From an uncultured Acidobacteriota bacterium (GTDB lineage Bacteria; Acidobacteriota; UBA6911), in the NCBI GenBank assembly GCA_963843575.1, contig CAWJKZ010000014.1, positions 640,001 through 704,000 of the forward strand: DNA of 64,000 bases. Direction: 5' to 3'. The notes under the pieces were generated by a model. It saw only the letters and a program-made list of their open reading frames with translations, was not told the origin of the DNA and searched no databases. Made by a program: the position numbers and the translations under genes. Within the stretch, counting starts at the first letter, position 1. Each line of letters starts with the position of its first letter. Of the stretch, positions 39,242-50,043 are shown one piece after another.

Positions 39242-39945
39242 TGATTGGCAGTGGTCCCTTCGAAAAAGCCTCGTTCCAGTTCCCGGAACTCCTCTTCGAT
39301 GCGCGCGTCGACGTCCCCGCACTGGGTCCTCACCACGCACCCGCCGCGCTCGATAGCCTTGTCCGCGAACAGGACGACTTCCCGCACATGCTCATCCGCC
39401 GCCAGGAGATCGCCCTTGTGCTCGACCAGGTAGTCGTAATCCACGGGGTTCAGGTGCACGGTGACTGCCGACTTCTCGGCCGCGTGGCTGAGGGCCACCC
39501 TGACGAGTGTCTGGACGATCTCGCGGTCCGCCTGGATTTCCCGGTGCACGATCCTCCGCGCCACCTCCAGGGACAGTTTGACCACCTGTCGCTCGACATC
39601 CTTGTAGAGCTTCGACTTCACCTTCCCGAGTTCGCACAGCGCGTCCGCATACCGCCGCATCAGCCCGTCGAGCTTTGCTTCGGCGCTCTCCCTGCCGACC
39701 TGCTCGCCCTGGAGTACGCCGCGCTCGTACGCCGCCTTCTCGACTTCGGCCAGGTTCACCTCCAGGGGCACGGCCGGGGAAATGGCCGCCTCGGACCCCG
39801 CCATCGGAGAGACCGCTTCCGCCACCCGCATCCACGCAGGGATCTCGGCCGTCTCGGGCGAACTTCCCTGGACCGGCGCTTCAAAGGAAAACGGCCGGAT
39901 CCTCTTCGCCAACGGTGAGTCCTGTTTTATGATTTTGACCGCCAT
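39238..39945 (-). CDS. fliH: Export protein FliH
   Basis: AYERGVLQG GxxxG repeats, HLNPVD, ERGGCVV. Confidence 0.9.
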   Translation of the reverse strand: MAVKIIKQDSPLAKRIRPFSFEAPVQGSSPETAEIPAWMRVAEAVSPMAGSEAAISPAVPLEVNLAEVEKAAYERGVLQGEQVGRESAEAKLDGLMRRYADALCELGKVKSKLYKDVERQVVKLSLEVARRIVHREIQADREIVQTLVRVALSHAAEKSAVTVHLNPVDYDYLVEHKGDLLAADEHVREVVLFADKAIERGGCVVRTQCGDVDARIEEEFRELERGFFEGTTANQ

Positions 39946-40030
39946 TTTGACTTTCGCGTCGCTCCTGAGGGGTGCGGCGTCCCGACGCCGCCCATCCATG
40001 CAATCCCGGGAAACTCGTCCCCAAGCATCG

Positions 40031-41044
40031 TCATGTCACGTACTCGTCCCCGCCGCCGCCCTTGAGGTTGACGACACCGTCCTCGTCGAGCTTCCGCACG
40101 ATGCTCACGATCTGCTGCTGCGCGGCCTCGACTTCCTTCAGCTTGATCGGGCCCATCACGTCCATGTCTTCGCGGAGCATCTCGACCGCGCGCGACGACA
40201 TGTTTCGGAAGAACTGGGTCTTGAGTTCGTCGCCGCACCCCTTCAGCGCAACCGTCAGCGCCTTCTTGTCGAGCCGCTGGATGATTTCGCGCATTCCCTG
40301 GTCGTCGATCAGCATCACGTCCTCGAAGACGAACATGAGGTTGCGGATGCTCAAAGCCAGCGGGGGGTTGTCGGTTTCGATCCTTTCCAGGATGGAAGCC
40401 GCCGCCTTGGTGTCCATGCGGTTGATCAGCTCGGCGACGGCGCGTACGCCGCCGTACGATTCGCGGCTGAAGTCGCCCAGCGACCGCAGCTTCTGCTCGA
40501 GGATGGTCGTGATCTTGTTGATGATGTCCGGCGAAATCTGTTCGAGGTTGGCCATGCGCATGACGACATCCGCCCGGAGCTGCGCCGGGAGCGAGCCGAG
40601 CAGGGCCGCAGCCTGCGACGAGTTCAGGTGAGCCAGCACCAGCGCAATCGTCTGCGGCTGTTCCGACTGTATAAACCTCGACAGCTGCGCGGGGTCGGCT
40701 TTCTGCAGGCTGTCGAACCCGACGATCGTGCCCTGCAGGGAGATGTTGAGGCGGTCGAGCAGCTTCTTGGAAGACTCGTTCCCAAACGCCTTCACCAGGA
40801 GTTTCTTGGCAAAATCGGCCCCACCCTGAGCCAGGCAGTTCTGCGCCATGTTCATGCGGTGAAACTCTTCCAGGACGTTGTCGGCGATTTCGGGATCGAT
40901 TTTGCCGAGACGCGAAATCTCCTTGCTGAGCTCCTGGATCTCATCCTCCTGGAGGTAGCGGAAGATGTTTGCGCTGGGCTCATCTCCCAACAGCACCATC
41001 AGAATCGCGGCCTTTTTAATCCCGGCAATCTGTTCCGTCGTCAC
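40031..41044 (-). CDS. fliG: Motor switch protein FliG
   Basis: GIKKAAILM, EQPQTIAL, GGVRAVAE, MFVFED, NMSSRAVEMLRED. Confidence 0.97.
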   Translation of the reverse strand: MTTEQIAGIKKAAILMVLLGDEPSANIFRYLQEDEIQELSKEISRLGKIDPEIADNVLEEFHRMNMAQNCLAQGGADFAKKLLVKAFGNESSKKLLDRLNISLQGTIVGFDSLQKADPAQLSRFIQSEQPQTIALVLAHLNSSQAAALLGSLPAQLRADVVMRMANLEQISPDIINKITTILEQKLRSLGDFSRESYGGVRAVAELINRMDTKAAASILERIETDNPPLALSIRNLMFVFEDVMLIDDQGMREIIQRLDKKALTVALKGCGDELKTQFFRNMSSRAVEMLREDMDVMGPIKLKEVEAAQQQIVSIVRKLDEDGVVNLKGGGGDEYVT

Positions 41045-41047
41045 CGT

Positions 41048-42800
41048 TCAATCCTTTTCGTGCATCCATGAACGAATCAGCTGCGAGACCAACTCCGGCT
41101 CCTTTTTGGCCTGCTCGGTCAGCCTCTTGCGAAGCACGGTGTACTTGCGGACGCCCGCGTCGAGAATCTGGGCTTCTTTCAGGAACTCGCGCTCGATCTG
41201 GTCGTCGATATCCGAAGCCTCCGCGGAAGGCGTCTCCTGACTTCCCGGAAGCGCCGTTGCCGTCCCCGCGGGTGATCCGACTTCCCCTGTGCCTGTCCCG
41301 GCCCCTTGTATCGCCTTCTGGACCGTCCCGGCGGCTATTGCGGAAGGTTGCTGCTGGCCGGGGAGGGAGGGCGGTGTCCCGGCGAGGCTCTGGTACACGC
41401 GCCTTCGGATCGGGCGGAACAGGACCAGGTAGACCAGGATGAAAAGAACGATAAACGCGGTGTACTTGATCGCCGGGAGCAGGTAGGGCTGCCACTTGAC
41501 GTGCCAAGGGGCGGGGGGCTGGTCCTCTTCCGGACGCGTCTCGTTGTAGAACGGGACGTTTTCCAGCGTGACGGTGTCGCCCCGTTCCTTGTCGTATCCG
41601 ACCGCCGCCAGGACCAGCTCGCGGTACGCGTCCAGATCTTCCTGCGTGCGGGGCTGATAAGAGGTGGTCACCTTGCCGTCGGGTTCTTTCTTGTAGATCG
41701 CCTTGTGATCGAGGATGACCGCCACCGACACCCGGCGGACCGTGCCCTTGGGCTGCACCGTGTGGCGCACCAACTTGCTGACCTCGTAGTTGGTGACCTC
41801 GCTCTGACGCATCCTCTCGGGGGTGGTGCCGGCCGTGCCCTGGGGCTGTGAGGCGGAAGCGTTGGACTGCGTGCCCGGCAGCCCGGAAGCGGCCGCGGCA
41901 CCGCCCACGCGCTCCTCGCTCTTCTGCTGGCTCAATACCGCACTTGGCGTGGGATTGAACGATTCCTCGGTCTGCTCCGTGCTGTTGAAATCCAGGTCGA
42001 TCGAGGCGTTCGCGTGGACCTTCCCTTTGCCGACCACAGGCTCGAGGATCGAGACGACCTTGCTGACCATCTCCTTCTCGAGCTCCTCGCGGATGCCGGA
42101 CTCGACATCCGCACTCCCGTCGCCCGAACCGGTGGGATTCGAGAGCAGGTTCCCCTCGTCATCGACGATCGAGACGTTGTAGGAGCGCAGCGCCGGTACC
42201 GCACCCGCCACCAGCCCCTTGATGCCGGCGATACTCGATTTGGACAGCTCGACGCCGCGCTTGAGGCGGACCGCCACGCTCGCCTTGGCCTCCTCTTTCT
42301 TTTCCTCGAACAACGAGTCCTTGGCGAGCACGATGTGCACCCGCGCCTGGGAGATCTCCGACAGGCTGGAGATCGTGCGCGCCAGTTCCCCCTCCAGCGC
42401 CCGCTGCAGGTTCACCTGCTCGGTGAAATCCGTCATGCCCCACTGGCTCTTGTCGAAGATCTCGTACCCGACGCGCCCGCTGCGCGCCAGGCCCGAACCC
42501 GCTATCTCCAGACGCAGCTTGTCGAGATCGTTCGTGGGCGCCGCAACCAGGATCGAGGTCCCTTGGACGAGGTAGTCCTTCTTTTCCTCCTTCAACTTGC
42601 CCGCAATTGCCTGGGCATCTTCCGGGCTCAGGTCGCGGTAGAGGACTTCGTACTCCACGCGGTTCATGAAAAAGATTAGCAATCCGAGGGAAGTTCCGAC
42701 TAATATGACAAAAAACAAGATCGTAAGACGCTGCAAAGGCTGGAGTCTCGTCCAGATCTCGACCAAGTTGTCTCACGTAAGGGGCCCGGGGTCCTGCCAT
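41048..42800 (-). CDS. fliF: MS-ring protein FliF (frameshift in first 12 codons)
   Basis: GYEIFDK...TDFTEQVNLQRALEGELARTI, ARVHIV, TNYEVSK, LIRSWM. Confidence 0.95.
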
Positions 42801-42853
42801 GGTGGGCGCTCCCGAATCTAATCGTCGTTGGGTGAAAGCTCACGCGCGCGACA

Positions 42854-43160
42854 TCACACCTGCATGCGCATGATTTCCTGGTAAGCCTGCACGATCTTGT
42901 TGCGCACCTGCATCATCATCTGGAACGACAGGTCGGCCTTTTGAACGGCGACCAGGGTGGAGTGCAGGTCCTGCGACTCACCGGTCATCAGCTTCTGTAT
43001 TTCTTGATTGGACTGTTTCTGCAGTTCGTCAGCCGTGGAGATGGCGTCTTTGAGCACCTCGCCGAAACTGGCGCCCGGTTCCCTGGAAATCCCGGCTGGC
43101 TTGCGGATCTCGGGCACCTGCATGTTCGGGCTGATTTGACCGATCAGGGGTCTCTGTCAT
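42854..43160 (-). CDS. fliE: Basal body protein FliE (start 43160 with frameshift, or 43123)
   Basis: SFGEVLKDAI...QKADLSFQMMMQVRNKIVQAYQEIMRMQV. Confidence 0.95.
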
Positions 43161-43170
43161 CTGGGGTTCC

Positions 43171-43605
43171 TCAACGGATGATCTCGAGGGTTTTGACGGC
43201 CATGTCCTTGGCGGCGTTGACCGCCTGGAGGTTCGCCTCGTACGAACGCGTTGCCGAGATCACGTTCACCATTTCTTCCATCGGGTTGATGTTCGGATAG
43301 AGAACGTAACCGTCCTTGTCGGCGTGGGGGTGTCCCGGCTCGTACCTCTTTACCGGCTCCGATTTGTCGGTGGTGACCGCGGAGATTTCCACGCCGCGCA
43401 GGCTGGACATGGCGTCGTCCATCGTCGCACCGAAGGTTTGGCTGGGCGCGGAGGCGGTGAATACGACATCCCGGCGGCGGTACGGCTCGGTGCCTGCCGG
43501 CTGGGTCGTGTTGGCGTTCACCAGGTTGCTGACGAGGACCTCGAGGCGCCGGCGTTGCGCGGTCAAACCGGATGCGCCGATCTCGATTGCGGTCATGAGA
43601 CTCAT
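43171..43605 (-). CDS. flgC: Rod protein FlgC
   Basis: ASGLTAQRRR...YEPGHPHADKDGYV.YPNIN...RSYEAN. Confidence 0.96.
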   Translation of the reverse strand: MSLMTAIEIGASGLTAQRRRLEVLVSNLVNANTTQPAGTEPYRRRDVVFTASAPSQTFGATMDDAMSSLRGVEISAVTTDKSEPVKRYEPGHPHADKDGYVLYPNINPMEEMVNVISATRSYEANLQAVNAAKDMAVKTLEIIR

Positions 43606-44024
43606 TAGCCTGCCCTCCCTTCGTTGATTGCGCTGGATAGGGATCGGAACTTCGCCCGCAGCAACTGTGACATGAGGGAGTAGCCGAAGGAGGTTTCGCT
43701 CAGCTTGAGCATCTCCCGGTCGATGTCCACGTTGTTGCGGTCGGGGCGGGACGGGAGGTCGGGGACCTCGAACACCTCGGGCTCTAAGGGGCGGAAGGCC
43801 CACTGGCCCAGGTCTTCGTGCCCCGCCCTGCGGGTCGCCAGGGGGGCCGCCTCGTTCGAGAGCAGTTCCTGCAATGTCGCGTGAAATGAAATGTCTTTTG
43901 TCTTGTATCCCGGCGTGTCGATGTTGGCGATGTTGGAGGCCACGACTTGCTGTCTCTTGGACAGGCGGGTCATGTAACCGGCCATCGCGTCCACCATCGG
44001 GTCCTGCATCAGATCAATCTTCAT
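43605..44024 (-). CDS. flgB: Rod protein FlgB
   Basis: RQQVVASNIANIDTPGYK; DRNNVDIDREM. Confidence 0.96.
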   Translation of the reverse strand: MKIDLMQDPMVDAMAGYMTRLSKRQQVVASNIANIDTPGYKTKDISFHATLQELLSNEAAPLATRRAGHEDLGQWAFRPLEPEVFEVPDLPSRPDRNNVDIDREMLKLSETSFGYSLMSQLLRAKFRSLSSAINEGRAG

Positions 44025-44047
44025 GCGACCTGCTCCCGGGCCTAACA

Positions 44048-44063
44048 TGCAACTGCGGGGCCA
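44048..44063 (-). promoter_or_regulatory. sigma54 promoter of flgB operon
   Basis: TGGCCC-CGCAG-TTGCA. Confidence 0.8.
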
Positions 44064-44149
44064 ACAACCTTCTCGCGCCGGAAACCCTCCACAGACGGGC
44101 GTTTCGTAGCGCGCGACGCCCCTGCACGGTCCGGCGCCGGCAGAAAAGC

Positions 44150-44184
44150 GTCAAAATCCCGACCGCGGCTGGGCAGTTTTTGCC
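44150..44184. promoter_or_regulatory. Putative enhancers for flgB promoter
   Basis: GTCAAAATCCCGAC and GGCAGTTTTTGCC, about 90-120 bp upstream of the -24 box. Confidence 0.5.
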
Positions 44185-45512
44185 GGGCGGTCCTGCAGAC
44201 CAAATTCGTTGAGCTTGTTCCGCAAGGTCCTGAGGCTGATGCCCAGGATTCTGGCGGTGTGGGTCCGGTTGCCTCCGGTGTCCTGCAGCGTCCGGCAGAT
44301 CAGCTGTCGTTCCATTTCGCGCATCGTGGTGCCGGGGGCGGAGGGGGAGTCCGGGTTGTTGGCGGCGGGGACGGACCCGGTTTGGACCAGGCACAGGTCC
44401 TCGGGGTCGATCACATCGCCGCGGCACAGCGCTACGGCCCGCTGGATCGCGTTTTCCAGTTCCCGCACGTTGCCGGGCCAGGAGTGGCATTCGAGGTGCG
44501 CGATCGCTTCGGCGCTGCAGCGCATCTCCTTCTTGCCCAACTCGCGGCCGTATCGGCGGCAAAAGAAGTCCACCAGGAGAGGGATGTCGCCCGTCCGCTC
44601 CCGCAGGGGCGGGATCGTCAGGACAACGACGTTCAGTCGGTAGAAGAGGTCCTCGCGGAAGACGCCCGTCCGGACCAGCTCCGCCAGGTTCCGGTTCGTC
44701 GTCGCGATCACCCGAACGTCGATCCTGACCGGCGCAGTTCCGCCGACGCGGTCCACCTCTTTCTCCTGGAGCACGCGCAGCAGCTTCGCCTGGAGGATCG
44801 GGGCCATCTCGCCGATCTCGTCGAGCAGGAGGGTACCGCGGTGAGCGAGTTCGAACTTGCCAGGCTTGGCTGCGGCAGCTCCCGTGAACGCCCCCTTTTC
44901 GAAACCGAACAGCTCGCTCTCGAGTAGGTTCTCAGGCAGTGCCGCGCAGTTGACGGCGACGAAAGGGGCGGCAGACCTGGGACTCTCCCGGTGGATCATG
45001 CGGGCCAGCAGTTCCTTCCCGGTCCCACTCTCGGCCTGGATCAGGATCGTCGCGCTGGTCGGCGCGCACTGGGCCGCACGCCCGAGCACGCGGCTGAAGG
45101 CCGGGTCCTGCGTGAGGATGTCATGCGAAACCCTGTCGTCTCGGCTGGTTGCCGATGCCAGGGCCCGCCGCACGACCCCTTCGAGCGCTTCCGAAGAAAA
45201 AGGCTTGAGCAGGTAATCGAATGCGCCCTGCTTCATGGCATCCACGGCGTTCTGCACGGTTCCATATGCGGTCAGGAGTACCACCGGCGTGTTGGGCGAC
45301 AGCGTCTTGACTTTGCGGAGCAGGTCGATTCCGCTGACTTCGGGCATCCGGACATCGGTCAACACCAGCTGAAAGTACTTCTCCCTGAGCCGGCAGATCG
45401 CTTCCATGCCGCTCCCCGCCGTCGTGATCGCGTAACCTTGGCGGCGCAGCGTCTCGTTGATCGCAATGAGCATCTGTGGTTCGTCGTCCACAACCAGAAG
45501 TTCCTGCGACAT
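44151..45512 (-). CDS. sigma54-dependent response regulator (FleR/FlrC-like)
   Basis: REC (VVDDE, TDVRMP), ESGTGKE, GAFTGA, FIS-type HTH TARILGISLRTLRNKL. Confidence 0.92.
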   Translation of the reverse strand: MSQELLVVDDEPQMLIAINETLRRQGYAITTAGSGMEAICRLREKYFQLVLTDVRMPEVSGIDLLRKVKTLSPNTPVVLLTAYGTVQNAVDAMKQGAFDYLLKPFSSEALEGVVRRALASATSRDDRVSHDILTQDPAFSRVLGRAAQCAPTSATILIQAESGTGKELLARMIHRESPRSAAPFVAVNCAALPENLLESELFGFEKGAFTGAAAAKPGKFELAHRGTLLLDEIGEMAPILQAKLLRVLQEKEVDRVGGTAPVRIDVRVIATTNRNLAELVRTGVFREDLFYRLNVVVLTIPPLRERTGDIPLLVDFFCRRYGRELGKKEMRCSAEAIAHLECHSWPGNVRELENAIQRAVALCRGDVIDPEDLCLVQTGSVPAANNPDSPSAPGTTMREMERQLICRTLQDTGGNRTHTARILGISLRTLRNKLNEFGLQDRPAKTAQPRSGF

Positions 45513-45523
45513 CCGGCGTCCCC

Positions 45524-46820
45524 CTAGGCGGCGCCCGACGGGATGCGGGCGCTCGGCAGCACAATGGTGAAGGTCGTTCCCACTTTGACCTCGCTCTCGA
45601 CACGGATAAAGCCGGAGTGCCTGTCCACGATCTGGTGCACGACTGACAGCCCCAGCCCTGTTCCGCTGCGGTTGGTGGTGAAGAACGGATCGAACACCCT
45701 CCCGAGATTTTCCGGCGTAATCCCCACCCCGGTGTCCTGCACCCGCAGCTCCACCCCTTCGCACGGCGCGCCGCCAGGCAGCTCTCCGACCCCGCGTGTC
45801 GCGACCACAAGCGAACCGTTCGAGGGCATTGCCTGCATCGAGTTCAGGACCAGGTTGAGGAGCATCTGCTTCAGCAGCTCGCGATCGCCGCAGACTTCGG
45901 GATTCTTCGACTCGAGCCGCTGCCGCACCGAAACAGCCCGCTGCCGCATCAGGGGCTCCGTGAACTGCAGTATTTCGCTGACGACCTCGTGCAGGTCGAC
46001 CTCGCCGAAACTCGGCGAGAGCGGATTGGCGAAGTGCAGCATGTTGCTGACGATGTTGTTCAGGGACCGGCTGCCCACCCGGATGTTGTCCGCCCAGCGC
46101 GCCGTGTCGCTCTCGGCGGGAAGCTCCTTCTGAAGCAGCGACGCGAAGAGCTCGATGCTGCCCAGCGGGTTCCGGATCTCGTGCGCAAGTTCGACCGCCA
46201 TCTCGCCCATGGCCGCGAGCCGCTCCCCCCTCTTCCCCTGCTCCTCGAGGGCCCTGACTTGCGTGACGTCCCTTATGATGTGCAGGGTCCCGATGGGCTC
46301 GCCCGAACTGCCCGCCAGCGGCGTCCCCGACGTCGCCAGGATGCGCGTGGAGTTGCCCCGCACAAACGGGATCTCCACCTCCCTGCTGCTTCCGTCGTCC
46401 GACACCGAGGCCGCAAAATAGTCGCGCAGGACCGGACTCTTCCTCCGCCGCGTGCGCTTTCCCGACCACCTCGGGCCGTGGGGCCTGCTCGAGGATCTGC
46501 GACGCCATCGGGTTGCACAGGATCACGTCGCCCGCGTTGTCCAGCGCCAGCACACCGCACGGAAGCCGCTCGAGGATGGTGTTCAGGAAGCTCTGTACTT
46601 CGTCCTTCTCGCGCAGACTGCGCTCGAGCGCCCGGTTCTTCAGCTCGAGTTCTTCGGAAAGCCTTTGCGCCCGGGCCTGCAGCTGCTGAAAGGCTGTCTC
46701 CAGCGAACCCGAGGCCCGCGTAAAGATTTCGAACGCCTGGAGCAGAAGCCTCGCTTCGGCCGAATCGCGTTCCAATACGGCCGAATCAGCTTCCACCGTT
46801 GTGCCTGGCACGCAGCCCAT
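45524..46820 (-). CDS. PAS sensor histidine kinase (FleS/FlrB-like), frameshift near 46430
   Basis: AFEIFTRASGSLETAF N-terminus, PAS, LAHEIRNPL, DTGVG, FDPFFTT, GTGLGL; no TM. Confidence 0.9.
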
Positions 46821-46884
46821 CAACGCTCCTGACGAAACGGCGCTCCTCGCCGCACGGCTATCTCCGGAAACCCGCCGCTCTTGA

Positions 46885-46900
46885 GGCAAGAGACGTGCCA
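46885..46900 (-). promoter_or_regulatory. sigma54 promoter of kinase/regulator pair
   Basis: TGGCAC-GTCTC-TTGCC. Confidence 0.85.
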
Positions 46901-47009
46901 GGCAAACCGACCGCTTTGTCAATCTCAGGGATCTCTTGGCGTTTCAAATGGTTGAGAACGACGACCTGAGCAAGGCGGCGGTCTTGGGATTTGCCTGCCC
47001 CACCGCAAG

Positions 47010-47023
47010 GTCAAATTGTTGAC
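47010..47023. promoter_or_regulatory. FleQ-box-like palindrome
   Basis: GTCAAATTGTTGAC; second copy GTCAGAATTTTGAT at 47164-47177; resembles Pseudomonas FleQ box GTCA-N6-TGAC. Confidence 0.6.
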
Positions 47024-47186
47024 ATGCGCTACCCCGGAATTTGACGGGCGCAGCGGCAGACAATGGGTCGCGAACGGCTGCGGCATGAGGACCTGACGCG
47101 CGAAGGCCCGGCCGAGAGGCCGGCGACCACACACCGGTACGAAATAGGAATTCGATCTCTCGTGTCAGAATTTTGATCGTTCCTGT

Positions 47187-47216
47187 TTGACAAATGGGAA
47201 TTCTGTGAGATATATG
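47187..47216 (+). promoter_or_regulatory. Possible sigma70 promoter of FleQ-like gene
   Basis: Perfect TTGACA followed 17-18 nt later by AT-rich ATATATG. Confidence 0.45.
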
Positions 47217-47351
47217 TATACTCCGTTTCTTCGTTTTGATACGAAGTGGCAGGTATCTGACATCAAAATCGATCCGGCAGCGCGCCATTGGTCCAGCGAT
47301 CTCAACTCGAGCTCAACTTTTTGACTCCCGAACGGAGCAGGAAGCACCCCC

Positions 47352-48781
47352 ATGCGTACATTAGGCAGAGAAGGCGTCAGGATTCTGGTGATCGACGACG
47401 AAGACTACATGCGAGAGATAGTGCGGCAGGCCTTGGGAACTTCGGGTTTTCAATCGGAGGAGGCGGCGGACGGGAACGCGGCGCTGTCGATGATCAGGCA
47501 GTATCCGTATGACGTCATTATCACGGACCTCAGACTTCCGGGCGTCGCCGGTGAGAAGGTGTTGCAGGAGGCGCTGTCGATCTTCCCGGAGACTATCGTC
47601 ATCATAATGACCGGCTATGGCAACATCCAGACGGCGGTGGACGCCATCCGGATGGGAGCGTATGACTACCTGCCGAAGCCCTTCCAGCTCGACGAGATGG
47701 TGATGCGGGTGGAGAAGGGGTTGCACGAACGGCAGCTCAAGTCGGAGAACTCGATGCTCCGTTCCGAACTCCAGGGCAAGTACCAGTTCGCCAACCTGGT
47801 GGGGCACAGCCCGGCCATTCAGCAGATCTACCGGATGGTGGCGGCGGTCGCGCACAAGACCAGCACGATCCTGATCACGGGTGAAACGGGCACGGGAAAG
47901 GAGCTGATCGCCCGCGCGATCCACTATAACGGCACGCGCAAGGACCAGCCCCTCGTCTCGGTAAACTGCGGCGCGATCCCGGCGAACCTGCTCGAAGACG
48001 AGCTCTTCGGCCATGTCAAGGGAGCCTTCACCGGTGCATACCAGCACAGAGTGGGCCGGTTTGAGCAGGCCAACCACGGCACGCTGTTCCTGGACGAGGT
48101 CGCCAACATGCCTCCGGACCTGCAGGTCAAGCTTCTTCGGGTCCTGCAGGAACGGGAGCTGCAGCGGGTGGGCGGAAACACCACTATAAAGGTGGACGTG
48201 CGCATCATCGCCGCGACCAATGGCGACCTGTACGAGAGGGTGCGCAAAGGGGAGTTCCGGGAGGACCTCTATTACAGGCTTAACGTCATCCCGATCGCCA
48301 TCCCCGCGCTGCGGCAGCGCCGCGAAGACATACCGCTGCTGGTGTCGCACTTCACGAGGAGGTTCTGCTCCGAGCAGCAGGTCCCGTTGAAGCAGGTTTC
48401 CCACGAATCGATCAAGCAGCTGGTCGCCTTCGACTGGCCGGGCAATGTGCGGCAGCTCGAGAACGCGGTGGAGATGGCGGTCACGCTGTCGGGCGACCGC
48501 CAATTGCTCGACGTCGCCGACTTCCCCACCGTGGCGCACCCGGCTTCCCAGGAAGCCGCACTTCGGGAACATCGACATCCCGGAGGAGGGGATTCACTTC
48601 AACACGGTCGTCTCCGACCTCGAGAGGCGGCTGATCCTGCAGAGCCTGGAAGTCACCGGGCGGAAACAAGAAGAGGGCAGCCTCGCTGCTGCATCTCAAA
48701 CGGACCACCTTTGTCGAGAAGCTCAAGCGCATGGGGATGGAGACGGACTCTGCGGATCTCGAGGCCGAAGCTGCCGTCTAA
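47352..48781 (+). CDS. sigma54 activator, FleQ/FlrA-like flagellar master regulator (3' frameshifts)
   Basis: REC, GETGTGKE, GAFTGA; corrected C-terminus AASLLHLKRTTFVEKLKR (FleQ-type RTTxVEK HTH). Confidence 0.85.
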
Positions 48782-49033
48782 AAAGAAACAAGTGCATCCG
48801 GGCTGAGGAGTCCGTCGAACGGTTGATTGTGGAGTGCGGCAGGCTCGATGCCGCTTTGGCTGGCGGCGCCTCGGCGTCACCAGGCCGACGTCGCAGGGTC
48901 GCATCTCGAATTCGGCGTGGCGCCGAGCATGTCGAGCCGCCGCACTTCACAATCAACCGTTGGACACCCTCTGAAGCCCGGACCCGCTTGGAGCTACTTG
49001 CATTGGCCGCGCCGCTTCGGTCACAATTCGAGG

Positions 49034-49985
49034 GTGTCGAACCTTCCCCTGCAGAGACTGTCCGGTTGCCTTCCTCCTCTGCAGCTCGCTCTTCTGGCAC
49101 GCTCGCGCTCCGGCCCAGACGGGCGCCACGGCCCAGTTCCGGTACGGGGTGCAAGTAGAGCTCGTAGGCATCTACGCCACCGTGCAGGACGGATCGGGCA
49201 AACTCGTCACCGGTCTGAACCAGGGCGACTTCATCATCTACGACAACGGCGCGCCGCAGCAGATCAGCCAGTTCAGCCGTGAATACGCCCCGCTCAGCGT
49301 CTCGATCCTGCTCGACACGAGCAGCAGCATGGCCGGCCGCAAGCTGGACAACGCGGTCCGCGCGCTGGGGCGCTTCGTCGGGAGTCTCAACCGCGGCGAC
49401 GAGGCGATGCTGCTCACGTTTCGCACGCGGCCGCGCGTGGTGCAGCGGTTCACGAACGACCTGCGCCTCATCAAACGCAACCTGAAGCAACTGGAAGGGA
49501 GCGGTTCGACGGCGCTGTACGACGCCATCCTGGCGGCAGTCGACTTCAGCCGGAACTCGCAGAACCGGCGCCGTGCCCTGCTGTTGATCAGCGACGGAAT
49601 CAACACTTACGGCAAGGCGGAATTGCGCGAAACCATCGAGCAGCTGCGCCGGCAGCCTGTCGAACTGTTCGCCATCGGCATCGGAAGTGACGACAACGCC
49701 GAAAACGCGGTCGAGGCTCTCGTCACCCGTTCGGTCCTGGATCAGCTGACGCGATCGGGGGGCGGGGAGGCTTTCACGGTGACCGAGGCAGGGCAGCTCG
49801 GCAAAGTCTGTGCGGCCATCTCCGATCGCATGCACAAACAGTACGCTTTCGGGTACTACCCGGCGAGGCCGGCCGACGGGGTGTGGCACGAAGTCCGCAT
49901 CGAGAGCAGGAAGCCGGGTTTGCGGATTGTGCCATCGAAAACCGGATATTACCCTTCCGCTCCGCCGAAAGCGCCTGCGCCGTGA
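49034..49985 (+). CDS. Secreted VWA-domain protein, acidobacterial type (start approximate)
   Basis: In-frame signal peptide upstream of 49149; LLDTSSSM MIDAS, TALYDAI, LISDG, QYAFGYYP. Confidence 0.85.
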
Positions 49986-50043
49986 TAAGCTGGGCGGCGT
50001 GCCGTCACGCGCACGACAACCCGTTTGCATGGACGGAGTTCAC

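Noticed and set aside
44151-46922. 923-aa PAS + response regulator fusion ORF
   Set aside because: A frameshift near 46430 joins the kinase N-terminus to an off-frame stretch; the HisKA/HATPase part is in another frame and the regulator has its own ATG at 45512
46901-46980. c-di-GMP-I riboswitch (GGCAAACC)
   Set aside because: No GAAA-tetraloop P2 or GACGCAAA continuation; it abuts an opposite-strand sigma54 promoter. Infernal would settle it
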